A stretch of DNA of 64,000 bases from Nitrososphaerota archaeon. GTDB taxonomy: Archaea; Thermoproteota; Nitrososphaeria_A; Caldarchaeales; Caldarchaeaceae. The stretch spans positions 736,001-800,000 of the forward strand of contig JBEPYN010000001.1 in assembly GCA_041641305.1 (NCBI GenBank). The letters run 5' to 3'. Positions 29,480-39,636 of this stretch are shown here, piece by piece (position 1 is the first letter of the stretch; every line of letters begins with the position of its first letter). Made by a program: the position numbers and the translations under genes. The notes under the pieces are model-generated. The model did no database searches and was not told the DNA's origin. It saw only the letters and a list, made by a program, of their open reading frames with translations.

Positions 29480-29878
29480 GTGAAGTATGCCACGCTTTTG
29501 GACTATGCGTTTCAGGCTCTGAAGAACTCGTATGCACCGTATTCCCGGTTTAGCGTCGGCGCGGCTTTGTTGTCGGCTGATGGAGAGGTCGTGACAGGAT
29601 GCAACGTTGAAAACGCTAGCTACGGTCTCTCGATGTGCGCGGAAAGAACGGCTGTCTTCAAAGCTGTGTCCGAGGGGTTGAGGGAATTTGAAGCCATAGC
29701 CGTGGTCTCCAGCAAAGTAAACCCAGTTTATCCATGCGGCGCCTGTAGACAGGTTCTCCGAGAATTTAACCCACGTCTTAAAGTGCTCGTCGCGGGCCCG
29801 GGTAAGAAACCAATAGCCACATCGCTGGATAAACTTTTGCCGAAAAGTTTTGGAAAAGAAAGCTTAAGGCGGAGATGA
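29480..29878 (+). CDS. cdd: Cytidine deaminase
   Basis: YAPYSRFSVGAA, NVENASYGLSMCAE, PCGACRQ. Confidence 0.95.
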   Translation: MKYATLLDYAFQALKNSYAPYSRFSVGAALLSADGEVVTGCNVENASYGLSMCAERTAVFKAVSEGLREFEAIAVVSSKVNPVYPCGACRQVLREFNPRLKVLVAGPGKKPIATSLDKLLPKSFGKESLRRR

Positions 29879-29891
29879 AGGTGGCTTTGCT

Positions 29892-30827
29892 ATGCTGCGT
29901 CTGATAATAGACACGGATACAGCGGGTGATGACACGATTTCGCTGTTGCTAGCCTTGAAATGGCCCGGGGTGCGGCTTGAGGCGGTCACCGTTGTCTGTG
30001 GAAACGTCGAGTTCTCCCAGCAAGTTGAAAACGCACTCTACACCGTTGAAAGCTTCGCCGACCACTATGTGCCTGTTTACCCTGGATGCGACAAGCCGTT
30101 TCTAAGAAGCTGGAAATACGCCGACTATGTCCACGGAAAAGACGGCATGGGCGAGAACTACTTCCCCAAAGCTCGTCAAAGACCAGAGAACAAGCACGCG
30201 GTGCAAGCCTTGCTGGAGCTGGTTAACTCAAGACCAGGCGAATACACCATCATAGCACAAGGCCCCCTCACAAACATAGCCACCGCCATCATGCTGGACA
30301 AAAACTTCGTGAAGAACGTGAAAAGGCTCTACATAATGGGCGGCTACGCGGATGGATACGGCAACGTCACCCCCGCGGCCGAGTACAACTTCTGGGTCGA
30401 CCCCGAAGCCGCCAAAATAGTTCTCCACTCTGGAATAAACCCGTTCATCGTCGGATGGGACATAGCAGTCAAGTATAGTGTAGTAGAGGAGGATATGCAT
30501 CGAGAGATTGCTAAATGGGGGACACGGGAGGCTGATTTCTTCGTCAAAGTGAATAGGAAAGTGGTGGAGTTTGAGAAGAAGGTGATGGGTATCCCTGGTA
30601 GCACACATCCCGACACGATAACCACGGCGATAGCGATAGAGCCTAAAATCGCGAGAAAAGTTGAGCGACGGTATGTAGATGTAGAGACCCAGAGTGAGCT
30701 GACGCGAGGCATGTCCGTGGTCGACCACAGAGGAGTGCTGGGAAAGGAGCCGAACGCAGACATATGCTACGAAGCTGATGCCCAGATTTTCAGACAAATG
30801 CTCTTCAAAATCCTGCGAGGCCAATAA
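29892..30827 (+). CDS. Inosine-uridine preferring nucleoside hydrolase
   Basis: DTDTAGDD, VHGKDGMG, GPLTN, AEYNFWVDPEAA, HPD. Confidence 0.94.
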   Translation: MLRLIIDTDTAGDDTISLLLALKWPGVRLEAVTVVCGNVEFSQQVENALYTVESFADHYVPVYPGCDKPFLRSWKYADYVHGKDGMGENYFPKARQRPENKHAVQALLELVNSRPGEYTIIAQGPLTNIATAIMLDKNFVKNVKRLYIMGGYADGYGNVTPAAEYNFWVDPEAAKIVLHSGINPFIVGWDIAVKYSVVEEDMHREIAKWGTREADFFVKVNRKVVEFEKKVMGIPGSTHPDTITTAIAIEPKIARKVERRYVDVETQSELTRGMSVVDHRGVLGKEPNADICYEADAQIFRQMLFKILRGQ

Positions 30828-30883
30828 CAGTCTCTAACCTAATCCGGCAATCAATTTATTAAACATGGACATAGACATTTACC

Positions 30884-31573
30884 ATGTCCAACATATCTGT
30901 GAGAGATATCGCTTCTCGGATACAGCACACCAACGTCTCCCCCGATGCTACGGCGAAAGACATTGAGAAGCTCTGCAGCGAGGCGGTGAAGTATAGGTTT
31001 AGCGCCGTCGTCATCAATCCCATCTGGGTTAAACACGCTGCCGAACTCCTGAGAGGAACAGATGTCAAGGTTTGCGTCGCCATAAACTATCCCATGGCAG
31101 GCTCCAAGCCAATCACAAAAGCCGTGGAGATACGTGATGCAATAGCTGATGGATGCGAGGAAATAGACTTCATGATTAACGTGGGGTACCTCAAGTCTGG
31201 GATGATTGAAAAGTTTCGGAGAGACGTGGAGACTGTTGTGGAGGCGGCTGACGGTAGAATAGTTAAGGCGATTCTCGAGACAGCTATTCTCACCGAGGAT
31301 GAGGTTAGGCTTGCTGCGAAGATTTGCGAGGAGGCGGGTGTCAACTATGTCAAGAACTCGAGCGGGTGGGGCAAGGGAGGGCCTGCGACGGTCGAGGTGG
31401 TCAAGCTTCTCCGCAGCTCCGTAAGCAAGAAGGTTGGGGTGAAAGCCTCGGGCGGCATAAGAGATTTCGCCACAGCGGTGAAGCTGGTCGAAGCCGGTGC
31501 AGACCTGTTGGGAACCAGCAGAGGTGTCCAGATAGTGACTGGTGAGACAGGCTCGGGCGAGGTATCCTACTGA
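30884..31573 (+). CDS. deoC: Deoxyribose-phosphate aldolase
   Basis: EIDFMIN, VKAILET, YVKNSSG, VKASGGIR, GTS. Confidence 0.92.
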   Translation: MSNISVRDIASRIQHTNVSPDATAKDIEKLCSEAVKYRFSAVVINPIWVKHAAELLRGTDVKVCVAINYPMAGSKPITKAVEIRDAIADGCEEIDFMINVGYLKSGMIEKFRRDVETVVEAADGRIVKAILETAILTEDEVRLAAKICEEAGVNYVKNSSGWGKGGPATVEVVKLLRSSVSKKVGVKASGGIRDFATAVKLVEAGADLLGTSRGVQIVTGETGSGEVSY

Positions 31574-31574
31574 G

Positions 31575-32498
31575 ATGAGCGGGAAAGTAGGAGCCATAGG
31601 CAGCTATAACACCGGTTTTGTCGTCTACGTCGAGCGACTGCCAATCGAAGGCGAAACCCTCAAGGGCCGAGGGTTCCGGATAGAGCATGGCGGCAAAGGC
31701 TCCAACCAAGCTATACAAGCCGCACGCCTCGGCTGCGACACATTCATCGTCGCCCGCGTCGGAGCCGACATTTTCGGCGAAAGAGCCCTGAGCAAATGGA
31801 GTGCAGAAAAAATCGACACAGAATATGTTGTCGTTGACAGGGACAACCCTACTGGCGCCGGCTTGGTGATAGTGGGGCCTGCGGGCAAAAACATTATAAT
31901 CGTTGACCTCGGAGCAAACATGCATCTGACAAAAAATGATGTTACACACGCGGGTGAGAGAATAAGGTCGGCGGACGTGGTCCTCGCACAGCTTGAAATA
32001 CCTCTGGAAACATCTCTTCACGCGCTCAAAACCGCGGAAGGCGTCAAGATACTCAATCCCGCACCGGCCTCCCCTATACAGCCCGAGACGCTCAAGGGAA
32101 TAAACATCATAACACCGAACGAAGTGGAGATAGCTGCTATGGCTGGCTACACGCCCGGAGAAGACATCGACTTGGTGGCTGCGGCTAAAAAATATGCCAA
32201 GTACGTGGACAATGTTGTCGTGACGCTTGGGGAGAAGGGGGCCATGGTGGTTAGCGGAGATGATGTGAAACACGTTAAGGCGCCTCATGTAAAAGCTGTG
32301 GACAGCACCGGCGCCGGCGACGCGTTCAACGGCGCCCTCGCCACAGCCCTTGCACGTGGATACAGTGTTCTCGAAGCAGTTGAATATGCTTGTCACGCGG
32401 GAGCCTTTTTGGCTGCGAGGATAAGAGGAGGAGAGCTTGTAGAAGCTCTTCCCGAGGAGAAGGAGCTGGAGAAGTTTATTTCCGAGCACAGGACTTAG
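31575..32498 (+). CDS. rbsK: Ribokinase
   Basis: GGKGSNQA, AQLEIP, LNPAPA, TPNEVE, DSTGAGDAF. Confidence 0.93.
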   Translation: MSGKVGAIGSYNTGFVVYVERLPIEGETLKGRGFRIEHGGKGSNQAIQAARLGCDTFIVARVGADIFGERALSKWSAEKIDTEYVVVDRDNPTGAGLVIVGPAGKNIIIVDLGANMHLTKNDVTHAGERIRSADVVLAQLEIPLETSLHALKTAEGVKILNPAPASPIQPETLKGINIITPNEVEIAAMAGYTPGEDIDLVAAAKKYAKYVDNVVVTLGEKGAMVVSGDDVKHVKAPHVKAVDSTGAGDAFNGALATALARGYSVLEAVEYACHAGAFLAARIRGGELVEALPEEKELEKFISEHRT

Positions 32499-32506
32499 TC
32501 ATATGC

Positions 32507-33325
32507 ATGTCGGCTAAGGAGCCTCAGGTCGGTGACGAGTTTTACCATGTCAGAGTGCGGAGAGGTGAGATTGCGCCATATGTTTTGATGCCCGGAGACC
32601 CGGACCGTGTTCTGAAGATTGCCAAGTTCTGGGATGAGGGGCAGGAGATATCTTTTCATAGGGAGTATAGGGTTTGGGATGGTAGGGTTGGAGAGGTTGG
32701 GATAGCCGCTTGTTCGACAGGTATTGGCGCGCCTTCGACGGCGATAGCTGTTGAGGAGCTTGCGAGAGCAGGGTGCCACACATTCATCAGAGTTGGAAGC
32801 TGCGGAGCCATTCAGCCCGGCATAGAGATAGGGGACCAGATAATCTCGGTCGCGGCCGTCAGACTCGAGGGTACATCACATCAATATGCTTCACCCAGCT
32901 ACCCCGCATATGCACACTATGAAGTTGTGCTTGCGTTGATAGAGGCCGCGGAAACACTCGGCGCGAGATATCATCTGGGTGTGACGGCGTCGACAGATAG
33001 CTTCTACCCCGGACAGGGCAGGCCCGGCTACCGCGGATACTGGTGGAGCTATTCAAAAAACATCATAGATGATTTAAGGGCGATGAATGTTATCAACATC
33101 GAGATGGAGGCCTCTGCACTGTTCGTCATCGCGGCTCTATATGGTTTGAGAAGCGGCGCAGTCTGCTCAGTGTTCGCAAACAGAGTGGATGACAAATTCG
33201 GTGTAAAGGGGGAGGAAACAACTTCGAAGATAGCCACCGAGGCTGTGAAGATTCTCGCCGAGTGGGATGAGCGGAAAAAGCGGCACGGGAAAAATTATCT
33301 CTCGCCCTCGCTACTCAAGCTGTGA
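32507..33325 (+). CDS. udp: Uridine phosphorylase
   Basis: MPGDPDRV, STGIGAPSTAIAVEEL, RVGSCG, DSFYPGQ, NIEME. Confidence 0.92.
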   Translation: MSAKEPQVGDEFYHVRVRRGEIAPYVLMPGDPDRVLKIAKFWDEGQEISFHREYRVWDGRVGEVGIAACSTGIGAPSTAIAVEELARAGCHTFIRVGSCGAIQPGIEIGDQIISVAAVRLEGTSHQYASPSYPAYAHYEVVLALIEAAETLGARYHLGVTASTDSFYPGQGRPGYRGYWWSYSKNIIDDLRAMNVINIEMEASALFVIAALYGLRSGAVCSVFANRVDDKFGVKGEETTSKIATEAVKILAEWDERKKRHGKNYLSPSLLKL

Positions 33326-34123
33326 CCTCAATCTCTTCACAACGTCCATAAATCGTTTCACCCGCTCCACATCCACTGGGTTAAGCGTCTCACCCTGTTT
33401 CTTAAAGTATGTTCCAACGATTGCTCCGTCAGCCACAGCAAGAAGCTTTCCAACATTCTCCAGATTTAGGCCGCTGCCTATAAAGACGGGTTTAGAAGCA
33501 ACCTGCTTAACCTCCAAAACCCTTTCCAATGGAGTTTCACCACCGGTCCTAAAACCGGAAACAACTATCGCGTCCGCACCAATTTCCTCAAGTCTGGCAA
33601 CCTGGTAGGAAACAGGGACATCTGAGACGAGAAAATGGCTTCCATGCTTAACCAAAACATCAGCGAAAACCTTGACACCAGAAGCCAGCTTATTCCTCAA
33701 CCTCTCCGAAACAGGTGCCGCAGACTCTACACATCCTTCGTCAGCCACGTATGCAAGGTTGTGCATGTTTGCTCTGACCCAGCTTGCTCCACAGGCAGCG
33801 GCCGCGGTGAGGGACTCTGACACCCCGTTAGCCAACACGAAAACCCCCACAGGCAGACCCACCTCTTTTCGGACCTCTCTCGCTACAACAGAGACAAGTG
33901 AAACAGTCTCAGGCCCAATCTCGCCAGGCTTCATGAAAGGCTTGTCACCCAAGTTCTCCACCTGAATACCGTCTACGCCACCATCCCTGAGAGCAACAGC
34001 GTCTCTAAGAGCCAGCTCTACAACATCCTCGACACTCCATCCTCCATAACCCGGCGAACCCGGCAAAGGCCGTAGATGAACCATGCCAATAACTGGCTTA
34101 AGACAGCCAAACACCCCCATCAT
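33311..34123 (-). CDS. BtpA/SgcQ family protein (second paralogue)
   Basis: MVHLRPLPGSP, ENLGDKPF, FADVLVKHG, VSGFRTG, ADGAIVGT. Confidence 0.92.
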   Translation of the reverse strand: MMGVFGCLKPVIGMVHLRPLPGSPGYGGWSVEDVVELALRDAVALRDGGVDGIQVENLGDKPFMKPGEIGPETVSLVSVVAREVRKEVGLPVGVFVLANGVSESLTAAAACGASWVRANMHNLAYVADEGCVESAAPVSERLRNKLASGVKVFADVLVKHGSHFLVSDVPVSYQVARLEEIGADAIVVSGFRTGGETPLERVLEVKQVASKPVFIGSGLNLENVGKLLAVADGAIVGTYFKKQGETLNPVDVERVKRFMDVVKRLRSQLE

Positions 34124-34185
34124 ACATTACACTGCTCAGTTTGTCGCCATTGTTTATAAGCAAGCTGTCCGAAACGATTGGAGAA

Positions 34186-35715
34186 ATGGCGGGAGAAGTT
34201 GTCCTCGAAGCGAGGAAAGTGGTAAAAGGTTTTCCAGGTGTTTGGGAGCATTTGATTCTCGACCACATAGATTTTGATGTGCGGGCGGGAGAGGTTCACG
34301 CCCTGCTGGGAGAAAACGGAGCTGGAAAAACCGTTTTGGCAAACATTCTCTCAGGGTTCTACACACTGTCTTCGGGCGAGATAATTGTTAAAGGAAGGAG
34401 TGTGAAGTTCAAGTCGCCAGCCGACGCTATACGGCACGGCATCGGCATGGTTCATCAAGAATTCACACTCGCCACACCTCTAACAGTTGTGGAAAATGTC
34501 GCACTCACCCTGCGACGCAACAATCCATTATCCTATCCACTGAAAAAAGTCGAGGAAAAAATCCGAGAGCTATCGGAGAGATACGGGCTGAAAATAGACC
34601 CCGGCGAAACAGTAGAAAACCTATCCCTCGGCGAGAGACAAAGAGTAGAAATCATCAAAGTCCTATACTGGGAGCCGAGCATCCTGATACTCGATGAACC
34701 AACCTCTGTGCTAACATTAGAAGAGTCGAAGGAGCTTTTTCAAATACTGAGAAAAATGGCCGATGAAGGAAAAGGCGTCGTCTTCATAACGCATAGAATC
34801 GAGGAAATTATGGAGGTGGCCGACCGGGTCACTGTTCTCAGGTTGGGTAAGAAAATGGGAACCCTGAACGTGGCTGAAACGAATCGCTCCGAGCTGCTCA
34901 GGCTGATGCTCGGAGAAATGACCTCGGTCAGTTACCAGCGAGTATCCGCGAAAGAAGCGCATAAACCTGTTCTGCAGGTTGAAAACCTTACTGTCTTTGA
35001 CGACGATGGCCGTGAAGCGGTGAAAAACGTAAATCTAGAGGTTAGAGAGGGTGAGATACTTGGTATAGCGGGTGTTTCGGGCAACGGTCAGAAAGAGCTG
35101 GTGGAGGCTTTGACGGGTCTCAGAAAAGTTGCGCGCGGAAAAATAGTGATAAACGGAGTAGACCTGACCAACAGTAGTCCCCGCCGCTTTGCTCAAAAAG
35201 GTGTAAGACACATCCCAGAAGACCGGAGAAGAACAGGGGTCGTGGAGGAGATGGTCACAGCCGAGAACATAATGTTGAGAGAATACCGTGAAAAACCCTT
35301 CTCAGTCCTTGGGATAATAAACAAACGAGCCGTCACAGAGTTGGCCCAAAAACTCGTAAAATCATTTGGGGTATTGACGCCCGACCTCTGGGACACAGAG
35401 GTGAGAATACTTTCGGGAGGAAATATACAGCGCCTCATACTCGCGAGAGAACTATGGAAGGAGCCGAAGCTACTCGTCGCATTTCACCCAACATATGGTC
35501 TGGACCTGAAAGCGGTTAGTCAAACTCATCGACTTTTCATGAGCCTTAGGGAAAAGGGCTCCGCTATACTTCTTGTCTCAGAGGATTTGGAGGAGATTTT
35601 CCTGCTCAGCGACAGGATTGCGGTGATGTATGACGGGCAGCTGGTGGGTGTATTGAAATCTGAGGAGGCAACAGTTGAAAAGGTTGGAAAAATGATGACC
35701 GGCTTAAAATCTTAG
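34186..35715 (+). CDS. Nucleoside/sugar ABC transporter ATP-binding protein (two ABC domains)
   Basis: GENGAGKT, LSLGERQRVE, LDEPT, GVSGNGQ, LSGGNIQ. Confidence 0.95.
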   Translation: MAGEVVLEARKVVKGFPGVWEHLILDHIDFDVRAGEVHALLGENGAGKTVLANILSGFYTLSSGEIIVKGRSVKFKSPADAIRHGIGMVHQEFTLATPLTVVENVALTLRRNNPLSYPLKKVEEKIRELSERYGLKIDPGETVENLSLGERQRVEIIKVLYWEPSILILDEPTSVLTLEESKELFQILRKMADEGKGVVFITHRIEEIMEVADRVTVLRLGKKMGTLNVAETNRSELLRLMLGEMTSVSYQRVSAKEAHKPVLQVENLTVFDDDGREAVKNVNLEVREGEILGIAGVSGNGQKELVEALTGLRKVARGKIVINGVDLTNSSPRRFAQKGVRHIPEDRRRTGVVEEMVTAENIMLREYREKPFSVLGIINKRAVTELAQKLVKSFGVLTPDLWDTEVRILSGGNIQRLILARELWKEPKLLVAFHPTYGLDLKAVSQTHRLFMSLREKGSAILLVSEDLEEIFLLSDRIAVMYDGQLVGVLKSEEATVEKVGKMMTGLKS

Positions 35716-35756
35716 AAAAATATATTCAACCTTGAAGAATGGTTTTCTGAACGGGT

Positions 35757-37121
35757 ATGTTTGACGCGGTTACGCGTGAGGTTGCTGAGTTTGTTCAGCT
35801 GGATGTTGAATTGGATGTTGATGTTTTGGCTGAGGCTAAGCGGCGTGTTCTCGATAGCTTGGGATGTTTCTTTGGGGCGTGGAGTGAGGGGGCCTTGGTT
35901 GCTGCGCGGAGGGCTGTTGAACGATTTGCGCGCGGCGGTATGGGGGCCTCTGTCTGGGGCACAGCGGTAAAGGCTTCTCCTGAGTGGGCGGCTTTCGTCA
36001 ACGGGGTTGGTGTAAGGGCCCTTGACTTCAACGACACCTATCTCTCTAAGGAGCCTCTGCATCCGAGCGACATGATACCGGCTGTGTTGGCGGCGGGTGA
36101 GGTTGTGGGGGCCAGTGGACTGGATGTGCTCAAAGGTGTTGTGATGGGGTATGAGGTGGGGTGTAGGCTGTGTGATGCGGCGACGTTGCGGAAACGGGGC
36201 TGGGACCATGTCAACTTCACGATGATAGGGGCTGTGGCAGGTGTTGCGAAGGTGATGAGGCTGAGCTTTGAGGAGACCGCCAACGCTGTTTCGCTTGCGG
36301 TAGTTCCCCATGCGGCTATGAGGCAGACAAGGGCTGGCGAGCTCTCGATGTGGAAAGGCGCCGCAGCCGCAAACGCCTGCAGAAACGCGGTCTTCGCATG
36401 CATGCTTGCTTCATGCGGCATGACGGGGCCCTCGCAGCCATTCGACGGAGAGATGGGGTTCTTCAAACAGGTCGCGGGCATATCCTTCAACCTCAATAGC
36501 CTCTCCGCGACGAAGCGGCCGCGTAAAATCCTCGAGACATACATCAAGTTCCATCCCGTCGAGTACCATGCCATGACAGCCGTTGACGCGGCTCTGAAAG
36601 CGCTTCAGAAAGCCGGCTCAGCCAAAAACATAGAGAAAGTCACGGTCGAAACATTTGAGGCATCCTACACGATTCTGGCCAAAGACCCTGAGAAGTGGAG
36701 GCCGTCTACACGGGAGACGGCTGACCACAGCCTCCCCTACATCGTCGCAGCAACTCTCCTCGACGGCGGAATATGGCTCAACAGCTTCACCAAAAAGAGG
36801 ATTACGGCGTCTGATGTAGCGGATTTGATGAACAGGGTCGAGGTTGTGGAAAACCCCGAGCTGACAAAAAGGTATCCGGAGGAGCTGCCCAACCGCATTA
36901 CCCTCATACTACGCAACGGTGAAAAAATCGTCGTCGAAGAATCCATCCCACGCGGACACTACAAAAACCCGATGACCGACGAAGAGGTTGAGAACAAGTT
37001 TCACAAGCTTGCATCACCATTGCTGGATGAGGGGCGGAGACGTGAAATTGTCTCAAAGGTATGGAGCATGGAAAACCATAAACACATCTCTGAACTTGTA
37101 GAGAGTGTGATTACTGTATGA
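35757..37121 (+). CDS. prpD: 2-methylcitrate dehydratase (MmgE/PrpD)
   Basis: LDFNDTYLSKEPLHPSD, RGWDH, GELSMWKG, RETADHSLPY. Confidence 0.92.
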   Translation: MFDAVTREVAEFVQLDVELDVDVLAEAKRRVLDSLGCFFGAWSEGALVAARRAVERFARGGMGASVWGTAVKASPEWAAFVNGVGVRALDFNDTYLSKEPLHPSDMIPAVLAAGEVVGASGLDVLKGVVMGYEVGCRLCDAATLRKRGWDHVNFTMIGAVAGVAKVMRLSFEETANAVSLAVVPHAAMRQTRAGELSMWKGAAAANACRNAVFACMLASCGMTGPSQPFDGEMGFFKQVAGISFNLNSLSATKRPRKILETYIKFHPVEYHAMTAVDAALKALQKAGSAKNIEKVTVETFEASYTILAKDPEKWRPSTRETADHSLPYIVAATLLDGGIWLNSFTKKRITASDVADLMNRVEVVENPELTKRYPEELPNRITLILRNGEKIVVEESIPRGHYKNPMTDEEVENKFHKLASPLLDEGRRREIVSKVWSMENHKHISELVESVITV

Positions 37122-38212
37122 TGCAGTATATCCCAGGTCTTGAAGGTGTTCCCGCGGTAGAGTCGCGTATATGCACGATAGATGTCGAGAACAGGCGGAT
37201 AATTATCCGTGGAAAGAGTTTGGAGAAGATTGCGCAGGAGCATAGTTTCGAGGAGGTGGCTCATCTACTCATCCATGGACATTTACCTGACGCTGATGAG
37301 GCAAGGCAGTTCACGAGGTTAATGGCTGTCGAGAGACGTGTGCCAGCCGCTGTCGTAGATGTTGTGAAAAGCCTTCCAGCCGAAACACATCCCATGGACG
37401 CTCTGCGGACAGGGGTGTCAGCTCTTGCACCCTTCGACCCCGACCTCGACGACACATCGCTTGAAGCAAACAAGAGAAAAGCCGCGAGGCTTGTCGCGAA
37501 AACGGGCCTCCTCGTCGCCAACCTCGACAACCTGCTGACATGGAGAACCTTCGCCGAAGCCGATGAGAAACGAGGACATGCCGAGAACATTCTACGATTG
37601 ATTAGAGATGGCGGGGTTGAAGACTGGATGATTAAGCCGTTCGAGATACTTTTCATCCTCTATGTTGAGCATGAGCTCGCCGCGTCTACTTTCACGGCTC
37701 GTGTGATAGCCTCCACCTTGGCTGACATGTATGGCGCGGTGGTCGGTGGTTTAGCGGCGTTAAAGGGCCCGCTGCACGGCGGCGCTAACGAGAAGTCGAC
37801 TGAGATTTTCGAATATGATGTCGCGGGTGCCGAGAAATATGTGCGGGAGAAGCTTGAGCGGAAGGAGCGGATTATGGGTTTCGGACATAGAGTGTATAGG
37901 CGCGGCATCGACCCGAGGGCCGAGCTGACCAAGCGTCTACTGGAGGAGGCGTGTGCAAGAGTTGGCGACGACCGTCTATACCGTGTGGCGGACCATGTTG
38001 AACGGTTGATGGAGAAAGAGAAGGGCCTCTACCCGAACCTTGACTTCTACGCCGCTGCACTCTACAAGCTCATGAAGATACCGCCGCGGTTTTACACTCC
38101 GATTTTTGCGGCGTCGAGGGTTGCAGGCTGGGCCGCACACGTTATCGAGCAGCAGGCTGAGAACAGGCTGTTCAGACCCCGGGCCATCTACAAGGGCCCG
38201 GTAGAGGATTAG
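37118..38212 (+). CDS. prpC: Citrate/2-methylcitrate synthase
   Basis: EHELAASTF, GPLHGGAN, GFGHRVY, PNLDFY; coupled to prpD. Confidence 0.88.
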   Translation: MMQYIPGLEGVPAVESRICTIDVENRRIIIRGKSLEKIAQEHSFEEVAHLLIHGHLPDADEARQFTRLMAVERRVPAAVVDVVKSLPAETHPMDALRTGVSALAPFDPDLDDTSLEANKRKAARLVAKTGLLVANLDNLLTWRTFAEADEKRGHAENILRLIRDGGVEDWMIKPFEILFILYVEHELAASTFTARVIASTLADMYGAVVGGLAALKGPLHGGANEKSTEIFEYDVAGAEKYVREKLERKERIMGFGHRVYRRGIDPRAELTKRLLEEACARVGDDRLYRVADHVERLMEKEKGLYPNLDFYAAALYKLMKIPPRFYTPIFAASRVAGWAAHVIEQQAENRLFRPRAIYKGPVED

Positions 38213-39366
38213 CCGTCCTCGGGCCAGCTCTCCCACATCCTAGAGGCCAAACGCCCCTCATGAGTGAATAGCCGCAGCTTATCCTTAGCCTTCTCACGCG
38301 CCTCACGGAACCGGGCCAAGAAACTCTGCACCTTCTCGATCAAAATCTCCTTCATCTCCCCCGTCAACATCCTCCCCGAGACATATTCCTCGCGCAGCTT
38401 GTTGACTTTGGCGTCATCCTCCTCGAAGAAGTAGTAGAGCCACTGGAAGGCTACGTCTACGTCGGGGTTTCCGCCATGTTTTCGATGCAGCTCAACGGTT
38501 GGCTGGCCTCCTGAATAGGCTTGCCAGATTTTTCTGCGGACTGTTTTGTCGTCGTCGGTGAGGAAGACTGCGGCGTCGGGCTGTGAGGCGCTCATCTTGC
38601 CTGTGGGCCCTGTCAAAGGCATGAGAAACCTGCTGTGTATCGCAGCCGCCTTGTAGAAGCCGAGGCTCTCCGCTATGTCTCTCTGAATCCTCCAGTAGGG
38701 GTCTTGGTCGATTGCCGCAGGGATTAGGCATCTCCTCTTCTCGAACATGGTTGGCACTATTTGGATGGCGGGGAAAAACACCATCCCGATGTTTGTCTGC
38801 TCGTTGAAGCCGAATACCGCGCGGACCCAGCTGAAGTTAACCTTACGCGCCACCCTCAAAACAGGTCGATACATCCGTGCCATGAACTCGGTGTTTCGGA
38901 AAATGAATGTCTTATCAGGGTCGAACCCGACCGCCGCGATGTTTAACATGTTGTCGACAGACCAGTAAGCCGTGTCCTCGAGCGTCAGACCACGCGACTC
39001 CTCGAGAAACTTCTCATCATCGGTTAACTGTATGTAGACGTTTGCATCAAACCTTTCCTGCAGCCATTTCGTGAAGTAGAAGGGGATGATGTGGCCTATG
39101 TGCATGGGGCCGCTGGGGCCTCTGCCCGTGTATAGGAAGAAGCCTCGCCCCGCCTCGTGGTCATCGAGGACATGGTTGAGGTCTCTATGCGAGAAGAAGA
39201 CCCTTCGCCGAAGCATGTGGTTGCTTCCGCCAGCGGCTTTCTCAAGCCGTTTCATCAACTCGTCCGTGATGAGCTCCGTGCCAAACTCTTTGACGAGCCT
39301 TTCGTAGTTGACCGATCCCTCGACCTCCCATGGCGTGACACGGAAACTCTCTCCACTATTCGCCAT
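38209..39366 (-). CDS. trpS: Tryptophan--tRNA ligase
   Basis: VTPWEV, GRGPSGPMHIGH, AIDQDPY, KMSAS; ATG at 39366 follows GGAGGTG. Confidence 0.97.
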   Translation of the reverse strand: MANSGESFRVTPWEVEGSVNYERLVKEFGTELITDELMKRLEKAAGGSNHMLRRRVFFSHRDLNHVLDDHEAGRGFFLYTGRGPSGPMHIGHIIPFYFTKWLQERFDANVYIQLTDDEKFLEESRGLTLEDTAYWSVDNMLNIAAVGFDPDKTFIFRNTEFMARMYRPVLRVARKVNFSWVRAVFGFNEQTNIGMVFFPAIQIVPTMFEKRRCLIPAAIDQDPYWRIQRDIAESLGFYKAAAIHSRFLMPLTGPTGKMSASQPDAAVFLTDDDKTVRRKIWQAYSGGQPTVELHRKHGGNPDVDVAFQWLYYFFEEDDAKVNKLREEYVSGRMLTGEMKEILIEKVQSFLARFREAREKAKDKLRLFTHEGRLASRMWESWPEDG

Positions 39367-39636
39367 CGGCCAACACCTCCTGAGAAAATATCGGCTCATC
39401 CAAGCAAAGGTTTGCAGAACTCAGGCCAAAGATAACCACCATCAGCCGCCAACATTCAAGACATCGATAAACAGCGTGTATAAAACTGTTTCTGGACGCC
39501 GTCCATGCACCTCATTTGAAGAAGTTGTTGAACGGCTATGTTTCTACAGCCGGGGCTCGGTTCCCATTACTACCAATTCGTGGGCCTCATTTGGGCAGAA
39601 AAAAGTAATAAGCCGAGAAATTCGCTTTTCCGAGGC

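Noticed and set aside
30866-30890. TGGACAT/ATGTCCA inverted repeat over the deoC start as a cluster operator
   Set aside because: Not found at the other promoters of the nucleoside cluster.
31401-32489. Long antisense ORF (362 aa), and similar ones at 39544-40356 and 30851-31597
   Set aside because: Mirror frames of well-supported sense genes with no motifs of their own.
39400-39636. Possible sRNA or attenuator between trpS and asd
   Set aside because: No complete box motifs, Trp-rich leader or clear terminator seen.
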